64,000 nucleotides of DNA. Source: Enoplolaimus lenunculus (lineage: Eukaryota). The notes below the pieces were generated by a model. The model was not told the DNA's origin. It saw only the letters and a program-made list of their open reading frames with translations, and ran no database searches. The stretch's first letter is position 1, and every line of letters begins with the position of its first letter. Both the position numbers and the translations under genes were made by a program. This document shows positions 51,701 to 62,577 of this stretch, piece by piece. The stretch lies in the NCBI GenBank assembly GCA_030248215.1, contig JASANG010000424.1:62001-126000 (forward strand). The letters run 5' to 3'.

Positions 51701-52954
51701 TAGGGTGGGGCCCCTGAAAATTCCTGCGTGGGACCCCTCTTGCGATAATCAAAAGAATTTTCAAATTTTTTGCTTAAAATATTGTTAGGGTAGGGGTGTC
51801 TTTGTAGTGCACACCCCCAAACGGGGATATGAGGAGTAGCTGCTCCGTCCATGTCGTAATCACAACTCGAACTCTGACAGCTAGTAAGAAATTTAACATT
51901 TTCCAAAACTATTCTATGAATCTTCGAGACCATCATTAGCGTAAACAGTTTGTAAATTTTAAAAATATTTTAATTAATTTTAACCCTTTCTTACATGAAT
52001 ATTTTCAATTTCATATGAGATGCACTTTCAAGGTAACATTCGATCCCCAGTCTCTTGGGTGAGACGCGTTTACGATGACCACTCAGCTATAGGAGCTTGA
52101 CGCTCGAGCCCGAGAAGGCTCTCTCGTCTTGTAGAGATTTTTCACTGCGCATATATGTTATAAATGTTAAACACTGCTCACAGTGTCTGTGTTGCTCATA
52201 TATTACTTGTACGTAGTTGCTCATAGTATACTCTACGAGTTAAAGGGTTAAATTAAATTTTAGCGAATACTGTGGCCGATGGATACGAAGACCTTGCGCA
52301 CGCGGTACTCGCTTTGATGTTCGACTACAAGTTTGCATTGCAGATCCGCGTGAGTTGAATTTTAAATTTTTCACACAGTTTTAACAGGGCCATAAATCGG
52401 TTTTAAGTTTATTGCAAAAGAACAGAAGCGAACAAAGACATTCTCGCCGACAGATGAAGTCCAATAGAACGACTCAGTTTTAAGGCATCGCCTAAGTCTA
52501 CCGTTATATGATGGTCAATATGCTGTCAATTATTTGTCAGTCAAGGCAGAAACCGGCACATCAGACCTTTCAACAAAGCAGCTGGAAAAGCGGGCCTCCA
52601 GAGCAGGGATCGAACTCTCAGCCTACGGATCCTTGAGCGAACACTCCACCGCTGCGCCACGTAGCCCGCCCCTCCAAATGTTTCGATCGTCGATTATATG
52701 TCGACCGTATGCTGCCAGCTAGCATACATACAGCGCACTGTACTATATTGCATGTGCACATAACGGACACGCATGTCTCACATACTTACAATAGTTTTTC
52801 CATTGTACCACGGTTGTTATAAATTTCAGGTGCAATTCAAAGTCCGTGTCAGCCACAAACGATCCCTGTTGGTCCATGCAATGTTCAAAATCGGTGTCCA
52901 GGCCAATCCTTTTGTCAACAGAATACTTGCTGTCAACCATACATGTCCGGCTAA
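42781..52954 (+). CDS. Secreted Cys/Pro-rich protein, ~336 aa, 12 exons: signal peptide, chitin-binding type-2 (peritrophin-A)-like domain, six CGxPxxPC-type repeats, second chitin-binding-like domain, C-terminal CC-like domain
   Basis: join(42781..42847,43878..43986,44538..44685,45616..45681,46919..46999,48083..48145,48435..48491,48765..48821,51057..51092,51350..51465,52264..52349,52830..52954); 1011 nt, all GT-AG, phases consistent. MIISALFALWLFITVSTAA signal peptide; CTVGVYPLPG..YLAC..W..KACVKGKLF..MC; CSWM..YQQCVP..CGRWIRRPCARGTRFDVRLQVC; CQPQTIPVGPCNVQNRCPGQSFCQQNTCC-stop. Mostly invisible in the ORF track because the exons are short. Domain names assigned from cysteine spacing. Confidence 0.88.
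43371..43845. repeat. ~105-bp AT-rich tandem repeat, ~4.5 copies, in intron 1 of the Cys/Pro gene
   Basis: Recurring cacagtttttaattttgacgcatattc...ctagacaatttgttttgaatttaaaacattttct. Confidence 0.9.
44770..44882 (+). repeat. Interstitial (TTAGGC)n array, no TIRs seen
   Basis: Degenerate TTAGGC tandem in intron 3 of the Cys/Pro gene. Confidence 0.8.
45705..46243 (+). mobile_element. Telomeric-repeat MITE (subfamily 2) with expanded ~400-bp TTAGGC/TAGGC array, intronic
   Basis: ggcccgtgtaaagatcaggggcggaacg...tgttctttacaatggaa; flanks aaatattt/aaatagtt; starts 23 nt after the exon-4 donor. Confidence 0.9.
47036..47552. mobile_element. Family-B MITE interrupted by the piggyBac-type MITE (47229-47489)
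   Basis: cactgtaaattttattgagttga...gaacttacagtg; interior split at a TTAA. Confidence 0.85.
47229..47489 (+). mobile_element. piggyBac-type MITE with tRNA-like cassette
   Basis: TTAA|ctccttctcacat...atgtgagaaaggg|TTAA; inverted homologue of 32675-32937. Confidence 0.85.
48641..48755. repeat. (TA)n microsatellite abutting the acceptor of micro-exon 48765-48821
   Basis: Two (TA)n runs separated by taaaatcccaa. Confidence 0.95.
50021..51032 (+). mobile_element. Second HINE copy, inverted, 5'-truncated, in intron 8 of the Cys/Pro gene
   Basis: Reverse complement of 39207-40160 with a different internal repeat arrangement; ends cgctcaataaatgtagtcacactacgactggtt. Confidence 0.8.
51984..52247 (-). 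mobile_element. piggyBac-type MITE, diverged relative
   Basis: TTAA|ccctttc...aaaggg|TTAA; shares cactcagctataggagcttgacg..cgagccc core; ends 16 nt before the exon-11 start. Confidence 0.75.
52591..52668 (-). mobile_element. tRNA-derived SINE-like head or tRNA pseudogene
   Basis: Minus strand gggctacgTGGCGCAGCGGtggagtgttcgctcaaggatccgtaggctgagaGTTCGATCCctgctc: A and B boxes present, but no clean acceptor or anticodon stems. Confidence 0.5.
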
Positions 52955-54210
52955 TTTGCTTTTAATGTCTTAGCTTGTCGCCTCATATCTCATTTATATG
53001 TTTCACAATGTAAATGTATGTTTTGAACGTGTTCATGATGTAAACATCAGGGGCGAAACGTTGTTCGGCGAGCTGCAATAGAGTAAGCTTAAGCTTTAAA
53101 CTATTTTTTGTCTAGGCTGAAGCGTAAGTAGGATTACACAGTTAATCCTGATGAGTGGATTGCTGAACTCAGAGAGACAATTAGTTCATTCAAAAGTCTG
53201 AGTTTTGAAAGACCTAATTCAGAGCTCAGACCTCTGAGTCGATTCAACTCATTCTGAGTTAATATCAACTCAATGAAATTTACAGTGAGGCTTAGGCATA
53301 AGTAGGCTTAGGTTTAGACTTAATATAAATACTTTTCTGGCTGGAAAGCAATAGACCAGAATTTCACCGGTACGCAGTAGGTTTCAAGGTTACGTAGCCA
53401 GCTTCGAAACATATTTCTTTGTTGCGAAAGCTAGGAAAGCTTATGAGCTTACATTTTGCAGGATAGCGAGGACAGCAACCAAACCTATATTTCTACAGAT
53501 GCAATTGGACAGCTTGGAGCGTATATTGTTGCTAAAACAGTCGAGACAGCTTCAAACCTGCGTATGTTTTGGAATAGCTTTGAAATCTGTGATGTTCCTG
53601 GAAATTCGGGATAATTTATGTTAAGAATTAACTGGACTTTGTCAAATCTGAAACGTTATTTGGCTCAAAACCTTACAACCAAAGCGTATTCAGGTTTGCT
53701 TTCAGAACCATTTGTAAGATTTTTTGACTTAGATCGTACGTGTGTGTATGTATGTATGTATATTTTTTGTAACTCTTGCGACCTGGTTAACATGAATTAT
53801 GGACCCAACCGCTTGTGTATTTTCAGATTCTCATTTGAAATAAATATCAAATTCGCTAAATATACAAATTGTAATTTCTCGAGTAACTTTTGTTATTTGT
53901 AATCACTGCGAACATTCGCCAAAGTGTATAAACCGTATGTTGGTTTCGAATAAAAATTAGCTCAAACATTTGTTAGACATACATTTTTACGCCACAACAG
54001 CTTCAAGGATACGCCGAGATTTATTATTCCCAATCGATCAAAGGTTTCCAAAATAGAGACCTTCTCAATCGAGATGGGCTTATTTGGCCTAACGGCACGC
54101 GTTTAGGGCGTTGTTTCGGTAAACTATGAAAACATTTCTAAAAAGTCAACAAATTAACAAAATTTTATCAAAATTAAAATGTTTTAAATTTAAAAATAAT
54201 TATATCGTTA

Positions 54211-54531
54211 TGTATCGTTCACAATAAAAAATTTCATTTTGCCACCGAAAACATTATAAGGTACGGTTAACGCGTGTCAATTTTCAAAATTGTCATGCGT
54301 TAACCCTACCATAAACGCAAAAATTGCGTGAACCCAACCCTAACGCGTGATGCGAAATGCTGCTCTGTGACACGTATTAGGATAGGGCTGTGGCATGTGC
54401 TAGGGTATGGTTAACGCATTTTTTGCGTTATGCTAGGGTTAACGCATGACAATTTTGAAAATGGAAACGTGTAAACCCTACCTTATAATGTTTTCGGTGG
54501 CAAAATGAATATTTCGACTGTGAACGATGCA
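54211..54531. mobile_element. Foldback MITE with TTA TSD between the convergent genes
   Basis: tta|tgtatcgttcaca...cattttgccaccgaaaacattataagg and ccttataatgttttcggtggcaaaatg...tgtgaacgatgca|tta. Confidence 0.8.
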
Positions 54532-54730
54532 TTACAGCAACCGATGCATAAAACAGGACCAAAATAGTTGCATTAGCGTATTCCAAAGACTAAGCCTAAG
54601 CCTAAGCAAAAAAAATGAATCGAAAGCTTAAGCTTCCGCTAAGTTCTGCACAAAAATGTTCCACCAATGATCTTAACAAGGGTGGTTACGGCGATGCTTC
54701 GTTGAACTTATTCGCTGCCAACTTTTTCAG

Positions 54731-56486
54731 TTATAGCAGCGCTCTTTCGTATGTTTGAAATCGAGATTTCATTGACGCCTGGTCTGTTTCAATTTTCTGC
54801 AGTTGTCGGCTTCTGTTTCGTAAAAACTGTGCCGCAGGCGAGTAAAGGTATACGCATGCGAGCACTTCGAATACTGTATAAATTAGGAGCGAAATAAATA
54901 CGACATCTACGAAACGTTGCTTTGAACTATCGTTCCCTGAAAAACTATGAACATGATAAAATCGTCAAGCTTATATGTATTGCCTGCAATGACCGGAAGT
55001 CGCTGTTTTAGTTTGGATTACTACACTGCAAAAAATGATGAGTCTCAAATTGACTCTCTCTGAAATAGGCTTTTCCGGACTACGCAAACTGAGTCAAAAT
55101 TCGACTCCGCCAGAATCAAATTCGACTCCGCCAGAATCAAATTCGACTCAATGACTCGCTTATTGAGTCAAATTTGACTTTTGCGGAGTCGAATTTGACT
55201 CAGTTTGTGTAGTCCGGAAAAGCCTAAGAAGGGAGAGTCGATTTAACTCATCATTTTTGCAGTGTAGGAGTCTATACATTACATTAAAACCAGTAAATAC
55301 GTAGATTTTAAATTACCTAATTACAGTTCACAATTATCAATTACTCTAATTAGATTAATACGTGACTGGTTTTCTGTATTAAGTAATGTTCAGTACAAAA
55401 TTTGATTACTCAAAGTATATAAAAATTATATTTGTAGCAGTATGCTTAAGGTTAATAGTATACGCCAAAGTAACCTACAGAGTTAAATAGTGGATAATGT
55501 CATTAGTAAAACGTTGGGGTCCAATTGAAAAATAATAAAACAGCCTACACTGAAAAATGGTGAGTCAAATTGACTTTCTCCGAAATAGGCGTTTCGGGAC
55601 TACGCCAATTGTATCAAATTCAGCTCCGCCAGAGTCAAACGTGCTACTCTGTCAGTATTAAACCGAATTTGACTCTGGCGAAGACAAATTTGACTCAGTC
55701 TGTGTAGTTTAGAAAAGCCTATTTCGGAGAGAATCAATTTGACTCACCATTTTTGCAGTGTATAACCGAACAGCAAGGGGAAGGTGTGTTTTTGGAGATG
55801 CAAAATAAATATCAGTCTCTCTTCCGTCTAATATGGGTAACTATAGGAAATTAAAGCTTACCATGAACAGTACTTAGCTTAACAGCGAAAAACACCATTG
55901 CCAGAGCGCCAATCACAGTAATAAACACACTCCAAGATACTCTTGCAACAATCCATTGATACGGCAGTAAATAATTACACGCACAAATCGTTCCTGTATC
56001 GAAAATTATCCAAATCAAGAGTACGATTAGAACTGTTACTAAGAGCGGAAGAGAGCTGTGTTGATTACAATGTGTTACTCCTGTAACCAATGCAGTTACT
56101 CCTGTAATGTTCGGTTGATGATGGTGATTGGCTGGAATTTCAACACTAGCAATTGTAGAATCAAAGTCTGAAGGATTACTTGTGGTCCGTTCAGCAAAAC
56201 TGGTTGATAACTCTTCATGGTTACCACCAGGAGTCGACATAAAATTGTGGATGACATTTGACCAGTTGGTCTGTCCTGATAGGTCAATTATGACGAATAT
56301 TAACCAGATTGAATTTAAAAATATGTTTACAAATGACTTGACTTTGACGAGAGTTAAGAGTGAAACTTTACCGCAGCAACGTGAAGGTTGCACGCCTAAG
56401 GGCATCGGAACCTGTGTAGGGCGAAAATAAGGCTCACAGTTTCGCAGTGTCGTGTAGTAAGTGCCTTGATATCGGCCAAATACCAT
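54731..56486 (-). CDS. Four-transmembrane protein, ~276 aa, 2 exons (LAPTM-like topology)
   Basis: complement(join(55862..56486,54731..54936)); donor CATG|gtaag, acceptor tttttcag|GG, phase 1. RCCG followed by hydrophobic segments SFVNIFLNSIWLIFVII, LPLLVTVLIVLLIWIIF, VSWSVFITVIGALAMVFFAV and (exon 2) VVFISLLIYTVFEVLACVYLY. S/T-rich loop with sequons NWS and NIT; ends ...TYERALL-stop. Family label is by topology only. Confidence 0.72.
55024..55264. mobile_element. Family-A MITE in the intron of the 4-TM gene
   Basis: ta|cactgcaaaaaatg...ttttgcagtg|ta; internal duplication of aaattcgactccgccagaatc. Confidence 0.88.
55548..55760. mobile_element. Family-A MITE in the intron of the 4-TM gene
   Basis: ta|cactgaaaaatggtgagtc...ccatttttgcagtg|ta. 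Confidence 0.88.
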
Positions 56487-56528
56487 TATTTTAAAACAAA
56501 ATAATACAAAATTATCTTAAAAAAATTT

Positions 56529-56728
56529 GGCCAATGTAAAGAACAGGGGCGGAACAGTAATATAAGCATATTCCTAAGCTTAAGCGTAAGCATAAGCCTA
56601 AGTGTAAGAATTACGATATTTGTAAGCCTTAGCTTAAGCCTAGCCAAGCAAAAAATTAGTCTAAACCTTAAGCTTACTCTTGTGCAGTCCCACAGAAAAA
56701 CGTTCCGCCCATGATCTTTACATAGGCC
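56529..56728 (-). mobile_element. Telomeric-repeat MITE, subfamily 2
   Basis: ggccaatgtaaagaacaggggcggaac...cgttccgcccatgatctttacataggcc; flanks aaaaattt/taaaattt. Confidence 0.85.
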
Positions 56729-56914
56729 TAAAATTTTAATATTTTAATTACACTTATACAAGGGTTTGAATCTGCAACTTGCGCGTGCCACTTGTTGGTC
56801 AAGTATTTGGTAAGAAATTTTAACTTTTTTATGAACTTTTATCCACGGCAACAGATTGCAGATGACTGTACTAAGAATCCAGCAAACTAACTCAATTGTC
56901 AATGCTCGTTAGTA

Positions 56915-57168
56915 CAATGTAAATTCCAATGAGTTGATTAATTAATTCAGCCAGCGAGTTGGTTATTTCTGAATTAATATCAGTAAACATTGACTCACTC
57001 TGAGTTGAGTTTATTCTCACTGTCAGTTGAGTTGACTCTGGGTGAGTTGATTACTTAACTCAAAATTATAATTGAATCTACTCAAAATTCTGAGTTCTGA
57101 TAGTCCTGACTCAGACTGAATGATTCAACTCATTCTGAGTTAAAATCAACTCATTGAAATTTACAGTG
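56915..57168. mobile_element. Family-B MITE
   Basis: ta|caatgtaaattccaatgagttg...aaatttacagtg|ta. Confidence 0.85.
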
Positions 57169-57209
57169 TAACCAATAGCCATCGTTCACTGCCAATTATC
57201 CCAACACTT

Positions 57210-57408
57210 TGCGAACGTATAAATCAGGGCAGTAACAGTAGTATAAACATATTCGTTAGCCTAAGCTTGAGCATAAGCCTAAGCCTAAGCGTAAAAATAA
57301 GCTTCTACCTAAGCCTTAAACGAAGCTACACAAATTATTTCAAAGCTTAAGCTTATTCTATTGCAACCCTGCAGAATATCGTCCCGGTTTCAAACGCTTA
57401 CATGGGCC
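57210..57408 (-). mobile_element. Telomeric-repeat MITE, diverged
   Basis: aacagtagtataaacatattc...GCCTAA repeats...aagcttaagctt...cttacatgggcc. Confidence 0.65.
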
Positions 57409-57518
57409 GAAGACTTTTTGCAAACTGGCATCGAAGTATATAATGTAAGGAGACGGCTGTCTTTTATAAGATTAACACCAATGGACCGGAAAAGGGTACA
57501 ACTGTTTTTAAATGACCC

Positions 57519-57736
57519 GGCCCATGTAAAGAACAGGGACGGAACAGTATTATAAGCATGTTCCTAAGCTAAAGCTTAAGCCTAAGCCTAAGCCTAAGGG
57601 TAAGAATGAGCTTATTCCTAAGCCTAAGCCTAAGCCTAAGCCTAAGCCAAGCGAAAAAATTAGTCTACTAAAGCTTTAGCTTACTCTATTGCAGTCCCAC
57701 AAAAAAAACGTTCCGCCCCTGATCTTTACATGGGCC
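57519..57736 (-). mobile_element. Telomeric-repeat MITE, subfamily 2
   Basis: ggcccatgtaaagaacagggacggaac...cgttccgcccctgatctttacatgggcc; flanks aatgaccc/aatgatcc. Confidence 0.88.
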
Positions 57737-58588
57737 AATGATCCTTGCAGAGAACTTAGAGTTAATACGGTGGGGCGAACGAGTGTACGTTTTAAAACTT
57801 GCAAACGATTTAGCCCCAACACCTTTACAAATCGGTGGCAGTCACTCAAACATTTTTGTAAACGGTGTATAATGATACAAATCAAAAAAATTTGATACTG
57901 ACACAAGTATTATATCATGAACTCAATTGTAAGTCAAAGCAAATAATAACGTGTTTTTCCAACTTTTGATTTGTAAAAAACTGTATTTTACAAAAATTTT
58001 TTTAAAAACAACAAAAATACCGAAAATCAGTAAAAATATTGTGAAACTTTAAAATGTCAGGCATACAAGCGTTCTCTGAATGCCAAATGTATTAAGCTAA
58101 TGCAGAATTGAACCAGACAAATCAAATTGTGGACGTAGCCCGTGCATATTTAAGGTAAACATTGTTGGGGCGGCATGTCGGAAGACTTATGAGCCATCAT
58201 AAGCCTAAGCCTGTAATCTTAATCGGAAAAAAATGGTCTAAAGCTTAAGACTTAAAAGCCCTACTTACGCGTGCAAGTTTTTGCAGCAAAAATTTGTACG
58301 TGCAACTTGCATGCGCAAGTTCTGTCACAAAGCAACTTTGAAGTTCTTGCAGCTGCAAATTATTCACTGGAATTCATGCTATTGAATTCGCCCCTGCGAA
58401 CGCAGTTGCAAGTCGCTCCATTTTTTGTACCTGCATTTTGATTGGCTAATCGGAATGTTCTTTTGAAAATACTTGCAGCAGCAAGTATTTCGTTCAAGTT
58501 GCATCTGCCAATTCTCGCTACAAAAACTTGCACGTGTGAATGGGGTTTTACTCTTTTTTGGTTATAAGGAACCACCTCTGAAAGTACC

Positions 58589-58807
58589 GGCCAATGTTAC
58601 TTTAAGGGGCGAACAGTAGATTAAGTGTATTCCTAAGCCTAAGCCTAAGCCTAAAGCGTTGCAAAAACGTATTCCTAATCCTAAGCCTAAGCCTAAGCCT
58701 AAGCCTAAGCCTAAGCCTAAGCCTAAACAAAAAATGTAATATGGAATATAATCCTACACTTTTATAGACCCACCAGAAACCTGACGTCCCTTAAAGTAAC
58801 ATGGGCC
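58589..58807 (-). mobile_element. Telomeric-repeat MITE, subfamily 3
   Basis: ggccaatgttactttaagggg...cccttaaagtaacatgggcc; flanks aaagtacc/aatgtagc; (GCCTAA)n interior. Confidence 0.85.
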
Positions 58808-60671
58808 AATGTAGCAATGGCTTAACGTAAGAAATATGGGTTGCTTATTCCGCTAGCGAATTTAAAAATTTTGAACCTTCAGTACAAGCTATCGCTATTA
58901 AGCACAACACTGATGCTTTTTGAAATACGGAAAAATAGAAAAAATAAATTGTTTAATTTTACACAAATTTTGTCTTTAGTTTACAGTAAATAATCTACGG
59001 CGGAATCCCTTTGCATATCCGTTCTCATATATGTATATCATCTTCCGAGTGGTTGAAATATAAACGTTCTTTTAAATGTACAAATTACACTTAAAAACGA
59101 ACGAAAATATTTTATTTTAGCGGAAGCTTTTACTTAAAAATAAGTGGAAACTTTTAAAGGCAAACTTAAACACATTGAATAGCATATAATTTTTAACTTA
59201 AAACTTTCTTGGCGAATCGTATACGCGGTGTTCACGTTATAATTCGGGCAGCCCGGAGCACGTTTTGTCTATGTTGATTCGACGTTAATATTAAACGTTT
59301 GTGATTTAATTGGCGGGTATTACGACTAAATGTGAATGTAACATGATAATGGCTACACAAATCACTGATCTCAAGCGATCATCGCATACGAAGTCGTTGA
59401 CAACCGTTTCTCAAGTACAATCTTGAGAATCATGGTAACTGTTCTGAAAGCAGGTGGACAAAAACATGTGGGGAGCAATATATAACGGTGATAAGACTCG
59501 GAGCGAAAACGGGATACTTAACCTGAATTGTACCAAATGTTCAACAATTGTTCCCAACTCGTATGGGAGACCAGCGTTGGCACAGTTGTCCAAGTACCTA
59601 TTAGGTTTTCCTTAAGGGTCATGGGTGTTTCCACAGCACTGTATACTGCAAAACGTTTTGTCACGGCAGAAATTATAAGTAACACCTTTGATTAGTGATT
59701 CAGTTATACGCGGTTCACGTTATAACTGCGGCAGCGGGGAACACGTTTTGTCCTTATTACAATAGCGGGTAACAGTGTCTTCTCGTTGATGCGCTATCAA
59801 ATTCATATAATTCGAATTGTCTGTTATCCTAAACATTTACTGTTTGTACTGCTATATTATATATTAGCATTCGAAATATTGTCAGTCAGTATCATATGAT
59901 ACGTCTGAAAATGTTTGCAAAGTTCTGGTAAACTAGCTTAATTGTCCTGTGGAATACCATATGATACTAAAGTTTGAAACTTGAATTGTTTGTACTTGGG
60001 AATATATTTTAAGGAAATTTTTGCTAGAAACATAAACGAAGAAACTAATATAGTATTCGAAATCATATAATGCAACATGAATCTAACTTTTTAATATTTT
60101 AATAGTGATCAAAAATTACGTTGTCCTGCGTAGTAATATTCATGTCCGTGGTATCATATGCCACACGCCTATTCGTAAATTCTTACTTTTACACCCAAAG
60201 TTTTAGTTTTTGTGCATAGCAGGTCACCAAAAGTTAAAAATTTGACCACTACACGATTGTTACTGTATCCGGCGACATATACTTTACTATTAATATTTAT
60301 AGAGCAATTGAGATTTAAATGTCGGCGGATTCAACATTTTCCGGTGGTGAGGGAACGATACTGTTTGTGTTTTGTGAGCCTTTGCAGTTTTTAAATATTT
60401 CTAGCAAACATTTTTTACCTTTTAAAATAGTCAAATTTTGTATCAAAAACGCAAAATTTTTTCTCAACCCTGAAGCTTATAAGTATAAATATTTTTCAGC
60501 AATTTGGTTGAAAAACGCATACTGAGATTTTAGCCAATAGAACAGGGACGTACCAGTAGTATACGCATAAGCCTAAGCGTAAAAATGAGCTTATACGCAA
60601 CCTAAGCTTAAACACGAATTTAAACAAAGTTTCGAAAAATATGGCTAAGTATATAATTTATCTATACACTA

Positions 60672-60818
60672 GGCCAATGTACAGAACAGGACCGCAACAG
60701 TAGTATCAGCATATTTCTAATGCTATAAGCCTAAGCAAAAACAATTAGTCCAAAGCTTAACTTTACTCTATTGCAGTCCCACATAAAAACGTTCTGCCCT
60801 TAATCTTTTACATCGGCC
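60672..60818 (-). mobile_element. Telomeric-repeat MITE with contracted array
   Basis: ggccaatgtacagaacagg...cgttctgcccttaatcttttacatcggcc; only ~1-2 telomeric units left. Confidence 0.7.
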
Positions 60819-61580
60819 GAGAATTTATAAACACGTAAGATATCTTACCACTGTCCCGTTGGTTTAATTATTGCTCATCTAAATCCACGTCCGTGTGTTA
60901 ATATTTTAAATCTGTATTTTAAAATACGGAAAAAAGATTTAATAGTTCGCGTCTTCTGCAAACACAGCGAACAACAAAAACTCGGTTAACCGCAGTTTTA
61001 ATGCTATTTTAAATTTTAAAAACTAGTAAACTACTATGTTTTTAAACGAGAAATTCACAAATTTGAACAACAAAACATGCAAGGTGTAGTCAGAATAAAA
61101 ATGGTTGTTCGATGACCGATTTTTTGGTCGATCCAAAACAGAATATGGCGCAACAAAGGCGCCTTTGGCACATACGAAAACCAGGAAGATTTTTAAGCGT
61201 GTAAAACTGCGTATTTCTTTTCATGTGATTTCTCAATATGGTTCGGGAGGTGTGTGCGTCATATCCACCCCTGTTTTACAACCTATAGTATTTAATAACA
61301 ACACTTCTATACTTAAAAATACTGTCTTTTTCAAATTGAACATTTAATTTTTTTTAGAAAATTTTGACGATGGATTTTAATTCTTTTGATAACAAAACTA
61401 CGACAAATATATATATATATATATATGTATATATGGGACCGGAGGTCGATTTTCTGCCGGAGCAGGAACCAAGCAGACGTCCGGTTGTACCCTAATATAT
61501 AGCTTGTTCAGTCAGGTTAAACGTAACTGGAAAAGGAAACAATTTACTAAAGTTTATGTTAATATCAGAAGTTCTCGTTG

Positions 61581-61832
61581 CACTGTGAATTGCAATGAGT
61601 TGATTAATCAATTCAGCCAGCAAGTTGGTTGTTTCTGAATTAATATCAGTAAACATTAACTCACTCTGAGTCGAATTGATTCTCACTCAGAGTTCAGTTG
61701 ACTCTGAGTGAGTTGGTTAATTAAGTCAGAATGAATTGAATCACCTCACAATTATGAGTTCTGACACTCCTATCTCAGACTGAGTAATTCAACTCATTCT
61801 GAGTTAAAATCAACTCACTGAAATTTACAGTG
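61581..61832. mobile_element. Family-B MITE
   Basis: cactgtgaattgcaatgagttg...aaatttacagtg. Confidence 0.85.
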
Positions 61833-62155
61833 TATACAGCGGACGCAGCCCAGCCAAGTTCTGTTTTTCCTGCAGATGTTTGTTTCCAAAACGATCCAAT
61901 TTCATGTTTTTACGCATCTATGCTTCTCAAGACTTCAAATTCACACCCACAGTCAGCTCAACAAGTATGACATGGAAAACGGTGGAGACAAAAACTTCAG
62001 AAGTTGCATACTGAGATTTCACACCATTATTTCGCGTCCCCTCTCGAAATTACGCGTGGTATATGTCCGCTTCATTGCCGCCCTCAGATACCTTCACAAC
62101 CGAACAAAGTCCGTCCAAATGTTCACCTGTGCTTGCCCATAACATACGACCCTCG

Positions 62156-62577
62156 TCATTCAGAAGCCGCACCCTCGTCTTGACACCTACCCCTTGTCGT
62201 GATGGCACCCTTTCGACCCGCAGGTCCGCCGTGTTCAGGATCGCCTCCTTTTGATTGATATCGGCCACTTTGATCCAACAGCGAGAAATGTCTAAATTCC
62301 AAATCGTTGCCTGCGTTTTCTTGAGGCTTAAACGCAAAGCTTGACGTCATCGCGTTGCTACGTGCGTTTGAACTGCGAACACTAAGTGCAACAACAATTA
62401 TAATTGCACATAGAATGACTGCGCTCACAGTAACACTGATAATAATCCAAACGACAGGCGCGGAAGTTTCAAAATTGTCGCCGGACCCGGAATTGTCTGA
62501 GTGTTTGAGTGACAGATCCGGCAGGGACACTTTTAATTTGGACCATTTTCGAGGCCGGCGTGTCGTTGTTGTGGGTC
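62156..62577 (-). CDS. Probable terminal coding exon of a single-pass (type I) membrane protein; upstream exons not resolved
   Basis: Acceptor atttcag at 62578-62584, then open frame PTTTTRRPRKWSKLKVSLPD...SAPVVWIIISVTVSAVILCAIIIVVALSVR...EGAASE-stop: Thr-rich stalk, one strong TM helix, cytoplasmic tail. GC-richer than the flanks. Confidence 0.6.
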
